This document shows, piece by piece, positions 28,939 through 38,347 of a stretch of DNA of 64,000 nt. The DNA is from Dehalococcoidia bacterium (GTDB taxonomy: Bacteria; Chloroflexota; Dehalococcoidia; Lucifugimonadales; SHYT01), in NCBI GenBank assembly GCA_009692665.1, contig SHYT01000005.1:57758-121757 (forward strand), written 5' to 3'. Each line of letters begins with the position of its first letter. Within the stretch, counting starts at the first letter, position 1. A program made the translations under genes and the position numbers. The notes below the pieces were generated by a model. The model saw only the letters and a list, made by a program, of their open reading frames with translations, made no database searches and was not told the origin of the DNA.

Positions 28939-30360
28939 CTAGTCCGGCTTTGCGACCACTTTGAGCTCAGTCTTAAGGAACGGACGTACCGTCTGCAGCA
29001 CCAAGCCCTCTTTTTGCTCCCAGATGTTCAGAATTGGGAATAACCGGCTTGCAAGCATGTATAGCAAAATTGCCCCTGCAAGCACGCCCACCAGCATGAA
29101 CACATCGGCGATATCCGGGTAGTGTGTGGCAGGAATGACCTCAAGCATCTCGTTCTTCAGCTGTTCGTTCGGCACAGAGAACGCGCCCACGTACAGCCGG
29201 ATTTTGTCCAGGAAGGTGCCGGTGATCACTAGCAGAGAGATCAACGTCGGCCCGAGGATGCTCTTCCTAATTCTGTTCCAGATGAGCAGTCCCAACGGAA
29301 GAATGAAGTTCAAGAACATGATGGGCACAAAGATGCCGAGGTACGGCCCAAACTGCGTCAACAGGAGGACGCCGTGCTCAGCAGGCATGCGACCATACCA
29401 GTAGGTGATGAAGCCAGACGCCCAGAAGTAGAAGAACAAAATGGAGAGCGGAAGCAATAGCCTGCCCATGGCCCAGAACTGCTCAAGGAAGATGTAGTCC
29501 TTGAACCCGCCCCATCGGCGCAGCACGTAAGCGGTCAACAGCATGACCGCCAGCCCGCTTTGAAAGCCGTTGACTGCCTGCCAGCCTGGGAACACAGAAT
29601 CTTTCCAGCCGGGCACAAAGCTTTGCACAAAGTCGGAGCTCACCATGAACTGAAGACCCACATACGCAATAAGGTAGAGTCCACCCAGCAGTCCCAGCCA
29701 GGCGCGCAGTCTGCGCCACTGCGCGTTTGTACCTTCCCATCCAATCGAAAGCCGGTCGTACCATCCCTTGCGCGCACCCGCCGGAGCGCGGTCTCGAGCC
29801 GTGGCTAGATCCGGGATGGCACCCACCCAGAGCAGCGCCAACCCAAGCATTGCAAACCCTGCCATGGAAATGATCTGCCATCCCCAAGGTGCCAGCGGCG
29901 GCCAGTTCTGATGGACCTGGCTCATAAACCAAATCGTCTTCCTGCCCTCAGCAGAGGGAAGCACGAACAGCAGCGGGATCATCAGCAGCGTGCACAGAAT
30001 ACCAACCACGCTCCACATTTCAGCGGCACGCGATATCGGCCTGCCCCAGTGCCCCTTCACCAGACGCGGAAGGATGGACACGACAGGAGCAGCCATCGCG
30101 GTTGTTAGCAGAAAGCCCATGCCAGCCGCCAGGTATCCCCACGGCAGCCGTTCCGCAAAGCCATCGCCCAAACGCATGATGAAGCCCACAACCCCTAGGA
30201 CAACCAGGAGTGCCAGTACCAGAGCAATCATCCAGAACGTCGGACTTGTCTTGAACGTCCGATTGAGCACTTCGGCAGTGACCTGCTGGTGGGTCCTGGT
30301 CAGAATGTCTGGCCGGTGGTGCCCACCATGCCCGTTATTCGTGCGCTGATTCTGATGCAT
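28939..30360 (-). CDS. Second, more divergent NrfD-like polytopic subunit (ActF-like)
   Basis: 473 aa with the same fold signature (RAAEMWSVVGI and IPDLATARDR) but diverged. Overlaps the 3' end of actB2. Confidence 0.7.
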   Translation of the reverse strand: MHQNQRTNNGHGGHHRPDILTRTHQQVTAEVLNRTFKTSPTFWMIALVLALLVVLGVVGFIMRLGDGFAERLPWGYLAAGMGFLLTTAMAAPVVSILPRLVKGHWGRPISRAAEMWSVVGILCTLLMIPLLFVLPSAEGRKTIWFMSQVHQNWPPLAPWGWQIISMAGFAMLGLALLWVGAIPDLATARDRAPAGARKGWYDRLSIGWEGTNAQWRRLRAWLGLLGGLYLIAYVGLQFMVSSDFVQSFVPGWKDSVFPGWQAVNGFQSGLAVMLLTAYVLRRWGGFKDYIFLEQFWAMGRLLLPLSILFFYFWASGFITYWYGRMPAEHGVLLLTQFGPYLGIFVPIMFLNFILPLGLLIWNRIRKSILGPTLISLLVITGTFLDKIRLYVGAFSVPNEQLKNEMLEVIPATHYPDIADVFMLVGVLAGAILLYMLASRLFPILNIWEQKEGLVLQTVRPFLKTELKVVAKPD

Positions 30361-31111
30361 GCAGGTCGACCTTCTTTAGGTAGATAACATTCGGTTCCGT
30401 GCCAAGTCTGTCAAACATTTGGTACCCCCGCTCGTCCTTAGCCATCTTGGCCACCCGGCCATTCGGGTCGTTCAGGTCTCCAAACACCAGCGTGTCAGTT
30501 GGGCACGCCCGGACACACGCCGGCCCGTACATACCGCTGGCTGAGTCGAACTCAGCATCACTGATGCGCTTTTGCTCCTTCACTTCCTTGCGCTCCACCT
30601 TGCGAAGACGCTGAATGCAGAAGGTGCATTTCTCCATGATGCCGCGCGTGCGCACGGTGACATGCGGATTGAGCTGGTTATATAAACTCTCCGGCCATAC
30701 GGGCTGGAAGAAGTTGAAGAACCGGACCTGGTAGGGGCAATTGTTGGCACAATACCGCGTGCCAATGCAGCGGTTGTATACCTGGACGTTCATACCTTCA
30801 TTGTTGTGATACGTCGCGTAGACGGGGCATACTGGCTCACACGGCGCGTTCTCGCAGTGCTGACATAAGACGGGAATAAACCGCGCCTTCACCAAGCTTG
30901 GGTCGCCCGTCTTCACCGCCTCTTCAACACCCTCCCAGTAACGCTCAATCCGTATCCACTCAATAGCGCGACGCTGGATGTAGCGATCCTCAGTATTGAT
31001 AGGGATGTTGTTCTCAGCTTGGCATGCAATCACGCACGCCTGACAGCCGGTGCATCGGTCGATGTCTACGACCATGCCCCACTTATGCGGTATCCGCGGT
31101 GTAATCATCAT
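30335..31111 (-). CDS. 4Fe-4S ferredoxin-type iron-sulfur subunit, ActB2-like
   Basis: CTGCQACVIACQ, CQHCENAPCEPVCP, CIGTRYCANNCP, CTFC and ACVRACP cluster motifs. Confidence 0.85.
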   Translation of the reverse strand: MMITPRIPHKWGMVVDIDRCTGCQACVIACQAENNIPINTEDRYIQRRAIEWIRIERYWEGVEEAVKTGDPSLVKARFIPVLCQHCENAPCEPVCPVYATYHNNEGMNVQVYNRCIGTRYCANNCPYQVRFFNFFQPVWPESLYNQLNPHVTVRTRGIMEKCTFCIQRLRKVERKEVKEQKRISDAEFDSASGMYGPACVRACPTDTLVFGDLNDPNGRVAKMAKDERGYQMFDRLGTEPNVIYLKKVDLHASESAHE

Positions 31112-31140
31112 TCTCCTCCAGAGAACAGTGTAAAGCCAAC

Positions 31141-33405
31141 TTAGCTCTTGGGCTTGGTGAACAGAATCGCCTGCTGGTGCTCCAGTTGCTCTGGCAGCGG
31201 GACGGTGCCTTCCATCTTCGGCAGCTGAATCCTGCGGCCAATCTTCTCAATGCGCACCTTCGTCGCCGCCCAGGCAAATGCGCCCGTGTCCTTATCCGTT
31301 GCCGGACCAAGAATCGCGTTGACATTCGCGCCGCGGTCTTGCGCATACCGCCCATAATTGCGATGTCCCCCGCCCATCGGCACAGCCACCACATTGCGGG
31401 GAATGGCCGGATGCGGCACTGCCAGCACCTCAATCTCACCAAACTGCGACGTCACCCTAACGACGTCACCTTCCTCTATACCTTTTTCACGTGCCAGTCC
31501 AAGGTTAATCTCAACCCACGTGCGCCAAGTCGCCGTTGTCACCGGGTCAGGCGCCGCCTGCATCCATGGAAGGTGCGCCGCACGACCATCCCCTAGGCTA
31601 GACTCAAACGGCATCAGGAAGAGTGGCGTGTCCGCAGACGTTTGGAACTCAGGGTTCTGCGCCTGCGCGGGCAGCTTGAATGCGGATGCAGCTGGAGCAG
31701 ATGCCTTGGCATTCTGATCCCACCAGCCACCATTGGCCAGCAGCTTAATCCAGAATGCATTGAAGTCCGTTTCCTTAAGAGATCCGCGATTGAGCGCGAA
31801 CAGCTTCCGTGCGCTATCCATCACCAGATCGCGATTTGTCTTCCACGGCACCGCCTGCGCTATCTTGCCCCCTACGCCCTCAGCAACCGTCAGCAGCACG
31901 TCGTTGAACCCACGTGTGCCTCGGTCATTCGTCCGCTGCGATTCAAAGAACTCACGCACCACAGGCTGCTGGACGCCCACAACCTGGTAACCAGGCCCAG
32001 GCAAGGGGACATCAGCGCCCCAGTCCTCAAAACCAGTGTGCTCCGGGAGTACCCAGTCCGCAAACATCGCCGTGTCATCCATTAATCCAGAGAAACTGAC
32101 CACCAGTGGTACTTTCGCCAGCGCCGCCTCAAACCCCAGTTTCGCGGGCAGACCGTACAGCGGGTCAGCACCGCGCACGATAAGCGCCTGCACCCGCCCG
32201 CTGTTCATATCGTCAACTAGCTTCTGCCACTGCGCCATTGGCGCCGCCTGCGCCACCGCTTCAACACCAGCCGGCGCGCGCGGGTTCATGATCACGCCGC
32301 CAGCCTTGCCCGTATTTCCAACGAGCGTATTCAACGCATAGATAGCGCTTAGGTTAAACACACCGTTCGTATGCGCTGCAGCGCTGCCGCCGCCGAGCGC
32401 CAGCCCAGGTTTAGCCACAGCAAACTCGTGGGCAATGCGCTGAATCTTCTCTACTGACGCACCGGTCGCGGTTGCAACCACGCCTGGCGCATACGCCTGT
32501 AGCGCAGCCGTGCCCCCAAGGGCGGTGAGCCCGTTGGCATCACCAAGCCGTTCGTTCGCAATTACATACGCTATGCTGAGCGCAAGAAGACCTTCGGTTC
32601 CTGGATTCACCGGCACCCATTCGTCCGCGCTGGCGGCCGTCGTGGAGAACCTGGGCTCTACTTGCACGAGTACCCCGCGCTTGCGGTTAGCGCCCTGGCG
32701 GAACTCACCGTACTGCCGCCCGTATGCAACCGGGTTCAGCCACGAGCCAAGGAAGTCCGCTCCAAAGGAGAGGATATATTGCGCGTTCGCAATGTCAAAG
32801 TGCGGGAGCGGTACGTCACCGTACACGCGCTTGATCGCCTCGCCCAGTACCGTCTGCTCAACCGACTCGAACACCATGTGCCGTGCGCCATACCCAGCAG
32901 TAAACTGCTGCACTAGGTTCGCGGAAGGCCCGCGGAGCGATCCGGTCACAATAACTACGGAGGCCGCGTTGCTCTGCTGCTGCTTGAGTGCACCCGTGAA
33001 CGCGTCTAATCCTTCCGTCCAGGTCGCTGCCTCAAACTTACCGTTGCCGCGCGCGTTCTCCCCGCGCTTAATCGGCCCAGCCAGCCGGTCAGGATGGTAC
33101 AGCGCCTGCAAGCCAGCTTCGCACCGAGCGCCATGCTTACCTGCATTCAACGGATACGCCGGGTTTCCTTCTACCTTCTTGGCGCGCCCTTCCATGACGC
33201 GCACAATCAGGCCCTCCGCTGCGCCGCACTCCCGGCATAGCGTCGCGTACCAGGTGTCAATGCCGTTCACCAAGTCTTCAGGAATGAGCGTCGGGCTTTC
33301 CACGTTGTTCTCTTTAAGATCGAACGTGCAGGCCGCGTACAGGACTCCGCCCAGGCCGAGTCCTGACAGTTTCAGCAGTTGGCGTCGTGTTAGTTCCATT
33401 CCCAA
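31141..33405 (-). CDS. Molybdopterin-oxidoreductase-like subunit with a Tat signal, ActB1-like
   Basis: MELTRRQLLKLSGLGLGG twin-arginine leader. MopB fold length (754 aa). The N-terminal Cys motif is degenerate (CRECGAAEG). Confidence 0.82.
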   Translation of the reverse strand: MGMELTRRQLLKLSGLGLGGVLYAACTFDLKENNVESPTLIPEDLVNGIDTWYATLCRECGAAEGLIVRVMEGRAKKVEGNPAYPLNAGKHGARCEAGLQALYHPDRLAGPIKRGENARGNGKFEAATWTEGLDAFTGALKQQQSNAASVVIVTGSLRGPSANLVQQFTAGYGARHMVFESVEQTVLGEAIKRVYGDVPLPHFDIANAQYILSFGADFLGSWLNPVAYGRQYGEFRQGANRKRGVLVQVEPRFSTTAASADEWVPVNPGTEGLLALSIAYVIANERLGDANGLTALGGTAALQAYAPGVVATATGASVEKIQRIAHEFAVAKPGLALGGGSAAAHTNGVFNLSAIYALNTLVGNTGKAGGVIMNPRAPAGVEAVAQAAPMAQWQKLVDDMNSGRVQALIVRGADPLYGLPAKLGFEAALAKVPLVVSFSGLMDDTAMFADWVLPEHTGFEDWGADVPLPGPGYQVVGVQQPVVREFFESQRTNDRGTRGFNDVLLTVAEGVGGKIAQAVPWKTNRDLVMDSARKLFALNRGSLKETDFNAFWIKLLANGGWWDQNAKASAPAASAFKLPAQAQNPEFQTSADTPLFLMPFESSLGDGRAAHLPWMQAAPDPVTTATWRTWVEINLGLAREKGIEEGDVVRVTSQFGEIEVLAVPHPAIPRNVVAVPMGGGHRNYGRYAQDRGANVNAILGPATDKDTGAFAWAATKVRIEKIGRRIQLPKMEGTVPLPEQLEHQQAILFTKPKS

Positions 33406-33414
33406 CTCACTTTT

Positions 33415-34005
33415 CTAGTAGTGGCAAACAGCACAGTCGGTGGGCGCATTGTTCTGCCGGTGGCAGTCCACGCAGTCGCCCATCCGAAGGGAGCGTACCT
33501 GCTTGACTTGCTGCATAGACCCTACGTCGCCATGACAAGTGGCGCACACCTGTGACGGGGCAACGTTATCACGGCGCGTAAAGAAGGTGATGTGCGCTTC
33601 ATGCACAAAATGTACATGGTCTGGAACGCGATGCACGCGGATCCACTCCACCGGGACGTTATCGGAAGCATACTTCGCCAGCTTTTGAATCTCAGGGCTA
33701 TCTGTCTTCACCAGCTTGTGGCAGAACATGCACTGTTGCACTGGAGGAATGCTAGCCATCGCGTCTGTAGCAACGGAGCGGTGGCAGAAGAGACAGTCAA
33801 TGCCATCCACCTGCACGTGCGACGGATGCGGGAACGCAATTGGCTGCACCGGCGTCACACGGTACCACTGCTCAATAGACCAGAAGTAGTGGCCCAATAT
33901 CTTTGGGACAACCGCCAGTGTAATTACAACTGTGAGAACAACCGAGAGGGCAACCGCCGCCCTCATCATCCAGTTAACTTTTTTCCGTGGCGCTGGCTCC
34001 TGCAA
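33415..34005 (-). CDS. actA: Membrane-anchored pentaheme cytochrome c, ActA-like
   Basis: Five CxxCH motifs (CLFCH, CMFCH, CATCH, CVDCH, CAVCH) after one N-terminal TM. Confidence 0.85.
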   Translation of the reverse strand: MQEPAPRKKVNWMMRAAVALSVVLTVVITLAVVPKILGHYFWSIEQWYRVTPVQPIAFPHPSHVQVDGIDCLFCHRSVATDAMASIPPVQQCMFCHKLVKTDSPEIQKLAKYASDNVPVEWIRVHRVPDHVHFVHEAHITFFTRRDNVAPSQVCATCHGDVGSMQQVKQVRSLRMGDCVDCHRQNNAPTDCAVCHY

Positions 34006-34044
34006 CCGTACAGCTCCTGTTTAGATCCTGTTCCTAAGTAACTT

Positions 34045-34407
34045 CTAGTACCACCATCGTGTCGGGTAGATGATGCCAAACACGGTGTGTAATTGGACCA
34101 TGCGGTAAAAAAGATAAGCAGCCATGACTATGCTTCCTGCAGCGATCACGAACAACACAGGCCTGATGCTCAAAGCGCTCTTGGGTAAGTGTCCAGTCCC
34201 TACAAGAGAGGGAATAAACGACAAGGCCAACAGTAGGTTGCCCGCAAAGCTAATAATGAAGAGGAGCAATCCCCAGAAGAAGCGGAGGAGTTGCCCTGTC
34301 ATTGCCCACTCAGCCGTGGTAATGAAATGCGGATCCATGTGCTCCTCAGCAACCGATATTTGCGCGCTGAAATCTGCGTCAAACAGTAACGACGGTAACG
34401 CATGCAC
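34045..34407 (-). CDS. Hypothetical small integral membrane protein (up to 120 aa) upstream of actA
   Basis: Three hydrophobic segments. Lies 39 nt upstream of actA on the same strand. Start uncertain. No family recognised. Confidence 0.45.
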   Translation of the reverse strand: MHALPSLLFDADFSAQISVAEEHMDPHFITTAEWAMTGQLLRFFWGLLLFIISFAGNLLLALSFIPSLVGTGHLPKSALSIRPVLFVIAAGSIVMAAYLFYRMVQLHTVFGIIYPTRWWY

Positions 34408-34536
34408 GTGATCATTGTCAATAGCTTTTGTTGTGTTTCGCTGCCGATGTTACTGGGTGGAAAGGCCTTGTACTTCTCAAACTAAGTAAGTACAATTACG
34501 CAGGCGCAAACAGTCTCCGTCGAATTTGGAGGAGTC

Positions 34537-34773
34537 GTGGCAAAGAAGCAAGCTGACCAGAAACAATCGCTATTGTCACGCCGAGAGGTCTTGTCAACTG
34601 CCGCAATGGGCGCAGGATTTCTTGCCTCTATTGCTGTGCTTGGACGTTTCATCTCCCACAGCAAGCAGCCCAGCCCTCGTGTAACCCCGCTTCCAGGGGA
34701 AGGTTCCATCTTTCAACCACGTCGTGACGCCCGCCTCCAAGAGTGGGAGCGAAAGAACAGTATCCACGGGTAG
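34537..34773 (+). CDS. Small (78 aa) protein with a twin-arginine signal-like N-terminus
   Basis: SRREVLSTAAMGAGFLASIAVLG. Divergent from the act string. Followed by a perfect terminator. Confidence 0.5.
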   Translation: MAKKQADQKQSLLSRREVLSTAAMGAGFLASIAVLGRFISHSKQPSPRVTPLPGEGSIFQPRRDARLQEWERKNSIHG

Positions 34774-34795
34774 CAGACGCTTCCCTGCGGAAATT

Positions 34796-34833
34796 AAAGA
34801 AAAGAGGCAACCAACTGGTTGCCTCTTTTCTTT
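34796..34833. terminator. Bidirectional rho-independent terminator
   Basis: Perfect 17-bp stem AAAGAAAAGAGGCAACC / GGTTGCCTCTTTTCTTT with an AACT loop. A/T runs lie on both sides, between convergent genes. Confidence 0.85.
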
Positions 34834-34850
34834 AACCATTGCCACTGGGA

Positions 34851-35921
34851 TTACCAGGCCAGTTCTTTTAGCTCCGGCACTTCAACCACCTTGTTATCAT
34901 CGTTCATGAGCCGTGCCTTGCGGAAGCCTAGATCCGATAGCATCTGTATCGAGATCAACTCCTGCCACAACCTCTCAACCCGCTCGGGTGGAGAAGAGTA
35001 GTCTTCTGCCAGGTGCCTGTTCACCGATTGAATGGGCGTATACATCAATACACCCCGGCCCAGTTTCGCTATCTCTTCAATCCTATCTTGGAGCTGCGCG
35101 CCGCACTGGCACGCTTGGTTATTGAACACATGGCCTGCGACACATCCCAGGATGAAAGCCGCAGGAACAGGCTCCGTACCCTTGGTTACATCCCCGATCA
35201 CGAGCACAACGTGTTCATCAGAGTCTCGTACGCACTGGTATCCGTGGATCATGAACTCGCCGTGCTTAGTCGGCAGGCGGGCGCTTGCAATTCTCTTCAC
35301 TGCTTTTTCAGTTCTGCCACGCAGTCTAAAAATGTCACTTACCGTTGCCATCTTCAATCCATGAGCTTGGGCAAGTCCCGTAAGGTCCACAGAGTCGTTC
35401 ATCATGTCACCGGTGTCAGCCACTATCGCGCACACGACCGCGGCAGAAGAGAGACCGGCCATCCTCACCAGGTCAACAGCCGCTTCCTCAGCCCGCGCCG
35501 TGCTGAACACACCCCCAGGAGCGTAGCGCGTTGGGAAGATGTGCCCTGGACGCACAAAGTTCTCTGGCTTACTATCTGGGCTCAGGAGTGCCTGCACCGT
35601 GGCTGCACGGTCGCGGGCGGACTGACCGCCGCCGCTTCCGTTCCTCTTATAGTCCACCGAGACCGTAAACGCCTCTATGTAGTCGCTGTTTACGGCGCCG
35701 CTCTGCACCAGCGGAATCTTAAGGGCCATAAGGCGCTCACCAAGCATGGGTACCGTAATAATGCCGCGGCCACGCCCAGCCATAAATAACAGGTGCTCAT
35801 GGGTTGCTTTTTCGGCTGCCACAACGAGATACGCTAAACCGTGGAAATCATCGAAAATCACGATGATTTTCCCGACCGCTACGTGCGCCAAAAGCTCTTT
35901 AGCAAAGTCTGCTTGTATCAT
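34851..35921 (-). CDS. RibBA-like protein (DHBP synthase / GTP cyclohydrolase II fold) with degenerate catalytic motifs
   Basis: Collinear with RibBA (RPGHIFP, FTVSVD, CQCG and GRGVLMY are retained), but DRENEGD is replaced by DDFHGLAY, GHTE by ARAE, and QEGRGIG is lost. ATG 35921 follows AAGGA. The track ORF extends to 35957. Confidence 0.7.
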   Translation of the reverse strand: MIQADFAKELLAHVAVGKIIVIFDDFHGLAYLVVAAEKATHEHLLFMAGRGRGIITVPMLGERLMALKIPLVQSGAVNSDYIEAFTVSVDYKRNGSGGGQSARDRAATVQALLSPDSKPENFVRPGHIFPTRYAPGGVFSTARAEEAAVDLVRMAGLSSAAVVCAIVADTGDMMNDSVDLTGLAQAHGLKMATVSDIFRLRGRTEKAVKRIASARLPTKHGEFMIHGYQCVRDSDEHVVLVIGDVTKGTEPVPAAFILGCVAGHVFNNQACQCGAQLQDRIEEIAKLGRGVLMYTPIQSVNRHLAEDYSSPPERVERLWQELISIQMLSDLGFRKARLMNDDNKVVEVPELKELAW

Positions 35922-36032
35922 CGGGATCCTTCGTTGGTAGATGCCCACTAAAATCATAGCATACCCAACGACGAGGTGGCGGCCATGTTCGCTGACGTAA
36001 GAACATCGCAGTAATTGGCCTTATGCAATAGG

Positions 36033-38096
36033 TTAGCCCGTCGTGCGATCCTTCAGTTGTTGCAAGAGTTCATCTGCTGTTTGCACCGGTAACTGGCACG
36101 CGTAGTGTTCGCAGACGTAGGCCGTAGGCAGGCCGCGTACCGCTATACGCTTTTCAAGGAGCGCCACGTCGTTCACACCGTCCGCCACCGCCGAATCGCA
36201 TCCGGCAACCACCTTATTCGGCAGGTACAGCGCGTACGCCGCACCTAACAATGCCGTAGTCTCAGGGCTGCCTGGCGTTCCCACAACCGCTATCTCTTTG
36301 GAAGGGCTTAGATGGAATACTAGCGCAGACAGCCAATGACCAAACGCGTTTGGGTGTTGCGCCAGGCCGTGTTGCAGCGCTCGGAGCATCGCCAGCGCTG
36401 GCTTCGTCAGCTCGTCGTTACCGGTAATGCGCGCCAGCCGTAGCAGCGCGAACGATGCCATAGACCCGCCCGCCGGGGTAGCGTTGTCAAAAATCTCGCG
36501 AGGCCGTACAAGCAACTGCTCATGGTCCGTCCCAACATCATAGAACGTGCCAGCCTGCTGGTCCCAGAACAGCCCCAGCATTTCTGAAGCGAGCTTGCGC
36601 GCTTCCTTCAGCCATCGGTACTCCGCTGTCACGCCATGCAGCGTCAGCAGGCCATCAATCAGGTTGGCGTAGTCCTCAAGATAGCCGAGCAGCTTTGCGG
36701 CGCCGTCCCGATACGTCCGCAACAACCTGCCGTTCTGGTAGAGCTTGGCCAGAAGGAATTCGGCATTCTGCCGCGCTGCGTCCACATAGTCCTCGCGGCC
36801 AAGCACACGCCCCGCCTCTGCCATGCTCGCCAGCATCAGCGCGTTCCAGGAAGCCAGCGCCTTCGTGTCCGTCCCTGGCGCCACGCGCCGAGATCGCAAC
36901 GCCAGCAATCCAGACTGGGCTTCTTTAATCTTGCGCTGTGCTTCTTCTATAGGGATGCCCAGAGCCGCGGCAACAACATCCAAGGACTGCGCAACGTGCA
37001 GGATGTTCCGCCCGTCGAAGTTGCCTTGCGACGTCACGCCGTACAATCGCGTCACGAGCTCGCGCTGGTCTTCCGGCAGCACCCGGCGAAGCTCGTCGTA
37101 GCCCCACACAAAGAACTTGCCTTCAACGCCTTCGCTATCGGCGTCCTGTGCTGAGTAGAACTGGCCTTCGCTGCCGCGCATCTCGCGGAGAACGTAGTCG
37201 AGCGTTTCAGTGACAACACGTTTGTACAGGGGTTCTTTCGTGTACTGGTACCCATGCAAGTAGAGCCGCGCAAGCAACGCATTGTCGTAGAGCATCTTTT
37301 CAAAGTGCGGCACCAGCCATACCTGGTCAGTGGAGTAGCGGTGGAACCCGCCGCCTAGCTGGTCATACATTCCGCCGAACGCCATTTTCTCCAGCGTCAG
37401 CTCAGTCATCAGCAGTGGAAGCTGCTCCCCGCTGCGGTGCGCGAACGACAGCAAGAACTCAAACGTCATTGGTTGCGGGAACTTTGGCGCCTGTCCAAAC
37501 CCGCCCTCATGCGAGTCGAACTGCGACGCCATATTCTGGAATGCCTCCGTCAACGTGTCCGGCGTCAGCAGGGCGTCAGTGGAAGGCAACGGGGCCAGGC
37601 TGTTCTGCAGAGCCTGGGCAATGCTATTGCTGGTCTGCACTATTTCAGCCCGTTGGGTCGCGTATGCGTTGGACACTGCTTCCAGAAGCCGCCGGAAGCT
37701 TGGCACGCCATGGCGGTCGTCAGGGGGGAAGTAGGTGCCGCCGTAGAAGGGCTTGAGGTCTGGCGTGAGAAACACGCTCAGCGGCCACCCGCCATGTCCA
37801 GTAATGGACTGCACGGTCTGCATATAGATAGAGTCGATGTCCGGGCGCTCTTCCCGATCCACTTTGACGTTGACGTAGCGTTCGTTCATGATGCGTGCAA
37901 CCGCTCCGTCCTCAAACGACTCGCGCTCCATGACGTGGCACCAGTGGCAGGCTGAGTAGCCAATGCTCAGGAAGATTGGCTTGTCCTCGCGCTTGGCCCG
38001 CTCCAGCGCCTCTGGGCCCCAGGGATACCAGTCCACCGGGTTATGCGCGTGCTGCAGGAGGTATGGGCTTGTTTCATTGGCGAGGCGGTTAGGCAT
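36033..38096 (-). CDS. yyaL: Thioredoxin-domain protein of the YyaL/DUF255 (SSP411-like) family
   Basis: [25 protein letters not shown] and [14 protein letters not shown]. 687 aa with a C-terminal (alpha/alpha)6-like region. Confidence 0.9.
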   Translation of the reverse strand: MPNRLANETSPYLLQHAHNPVDWYPWGPEALERAKREDKPIFLSIGYSACHWCHVMERESFEDGAVARIMNERYVNVKVDREERPDIDSIYMQTVQSITGHGGWPLSVFLTPDLKPFYGGTYFPPDDRHGVPSFRRLLEAVSNAYATQRAEIVQTSNSIAQALQNSLAPLPSTDALLTPDTLTEAFQNMASQFDSHEGGFGQAPKFPQPMTFEFLLSFAHRSGEQLPLLMTELTLEKMAFGGMYDQLGGGFHRYSTDQVWLVPHFEKMLYDNALLARLYLHGYQYTKEPLYKRVVTETLDYVLREMRGSEGQFYSAQDADSEGVEGKFFVWGYDELRRVLPEDQRELVTRLYGVTSQGNFDGRNILHVAQSLDVVAAALGIPIEEAQRKIKEAQSGLLALRSRRVAPGTDTKALASWNALMLASMAEAGRVLGREDYVDAARQNAEFLLAKLYQNGRLLRTYRDGAAKLLGYLEDYANLIDGLLTLHGVTAEYRWLKEARKLASEMLGLFWDQQAGTFYDVGTDHEQLLVRPREIFDNATPAGGSMASFALLRLARITGNDELTKPALAMLRALQHGLAQHPNAFGHWLSALVFHLSPSKEIAVVGTPGSPETTALLGAAYALYLPNKVVAGCDSAVADGVNDVALLEKRIAVRGLPTAYVCEHYACQLPVQTADELLQQLKDRTTG

Positions 38097-38190
38097 GGTC
38101 TTGTCCTTTTAACGGTTCATACAAGTGTAACGTTTGTGCAGAAAAACCTTTTACGGGGGCTGAAGCAAGGCCTCTTTTTTCTGCCTCCCG

Positions 38191-38275
38191 CCCCGACGGT
38201 TTCTGCTGCATCTGGCTTGGAGATGACGAGAATGCATGTGTTGTGTCGCAACTGGGCGGCATAGGCCCACATACT
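38191..38275 (-). repeat. Conserved leader element, copy C
   Basis: The minus strand reads GTGGGCCTATGCCGCCCAGTTGCGACACAACACATGCATTCTCGTCATCTCCAAGCCAGATG...GTCGGGG. Ends 94 nt upstream of the yyaL start. Confidence 0.55.
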
Positions 38276-38347
38276 AGAGGTGCGGCAGGATGCTCATCCG
38301 ATTGGAGTATGGGATGAGAGTGCACTTCGCAGAGGTGAGACGCGAAT

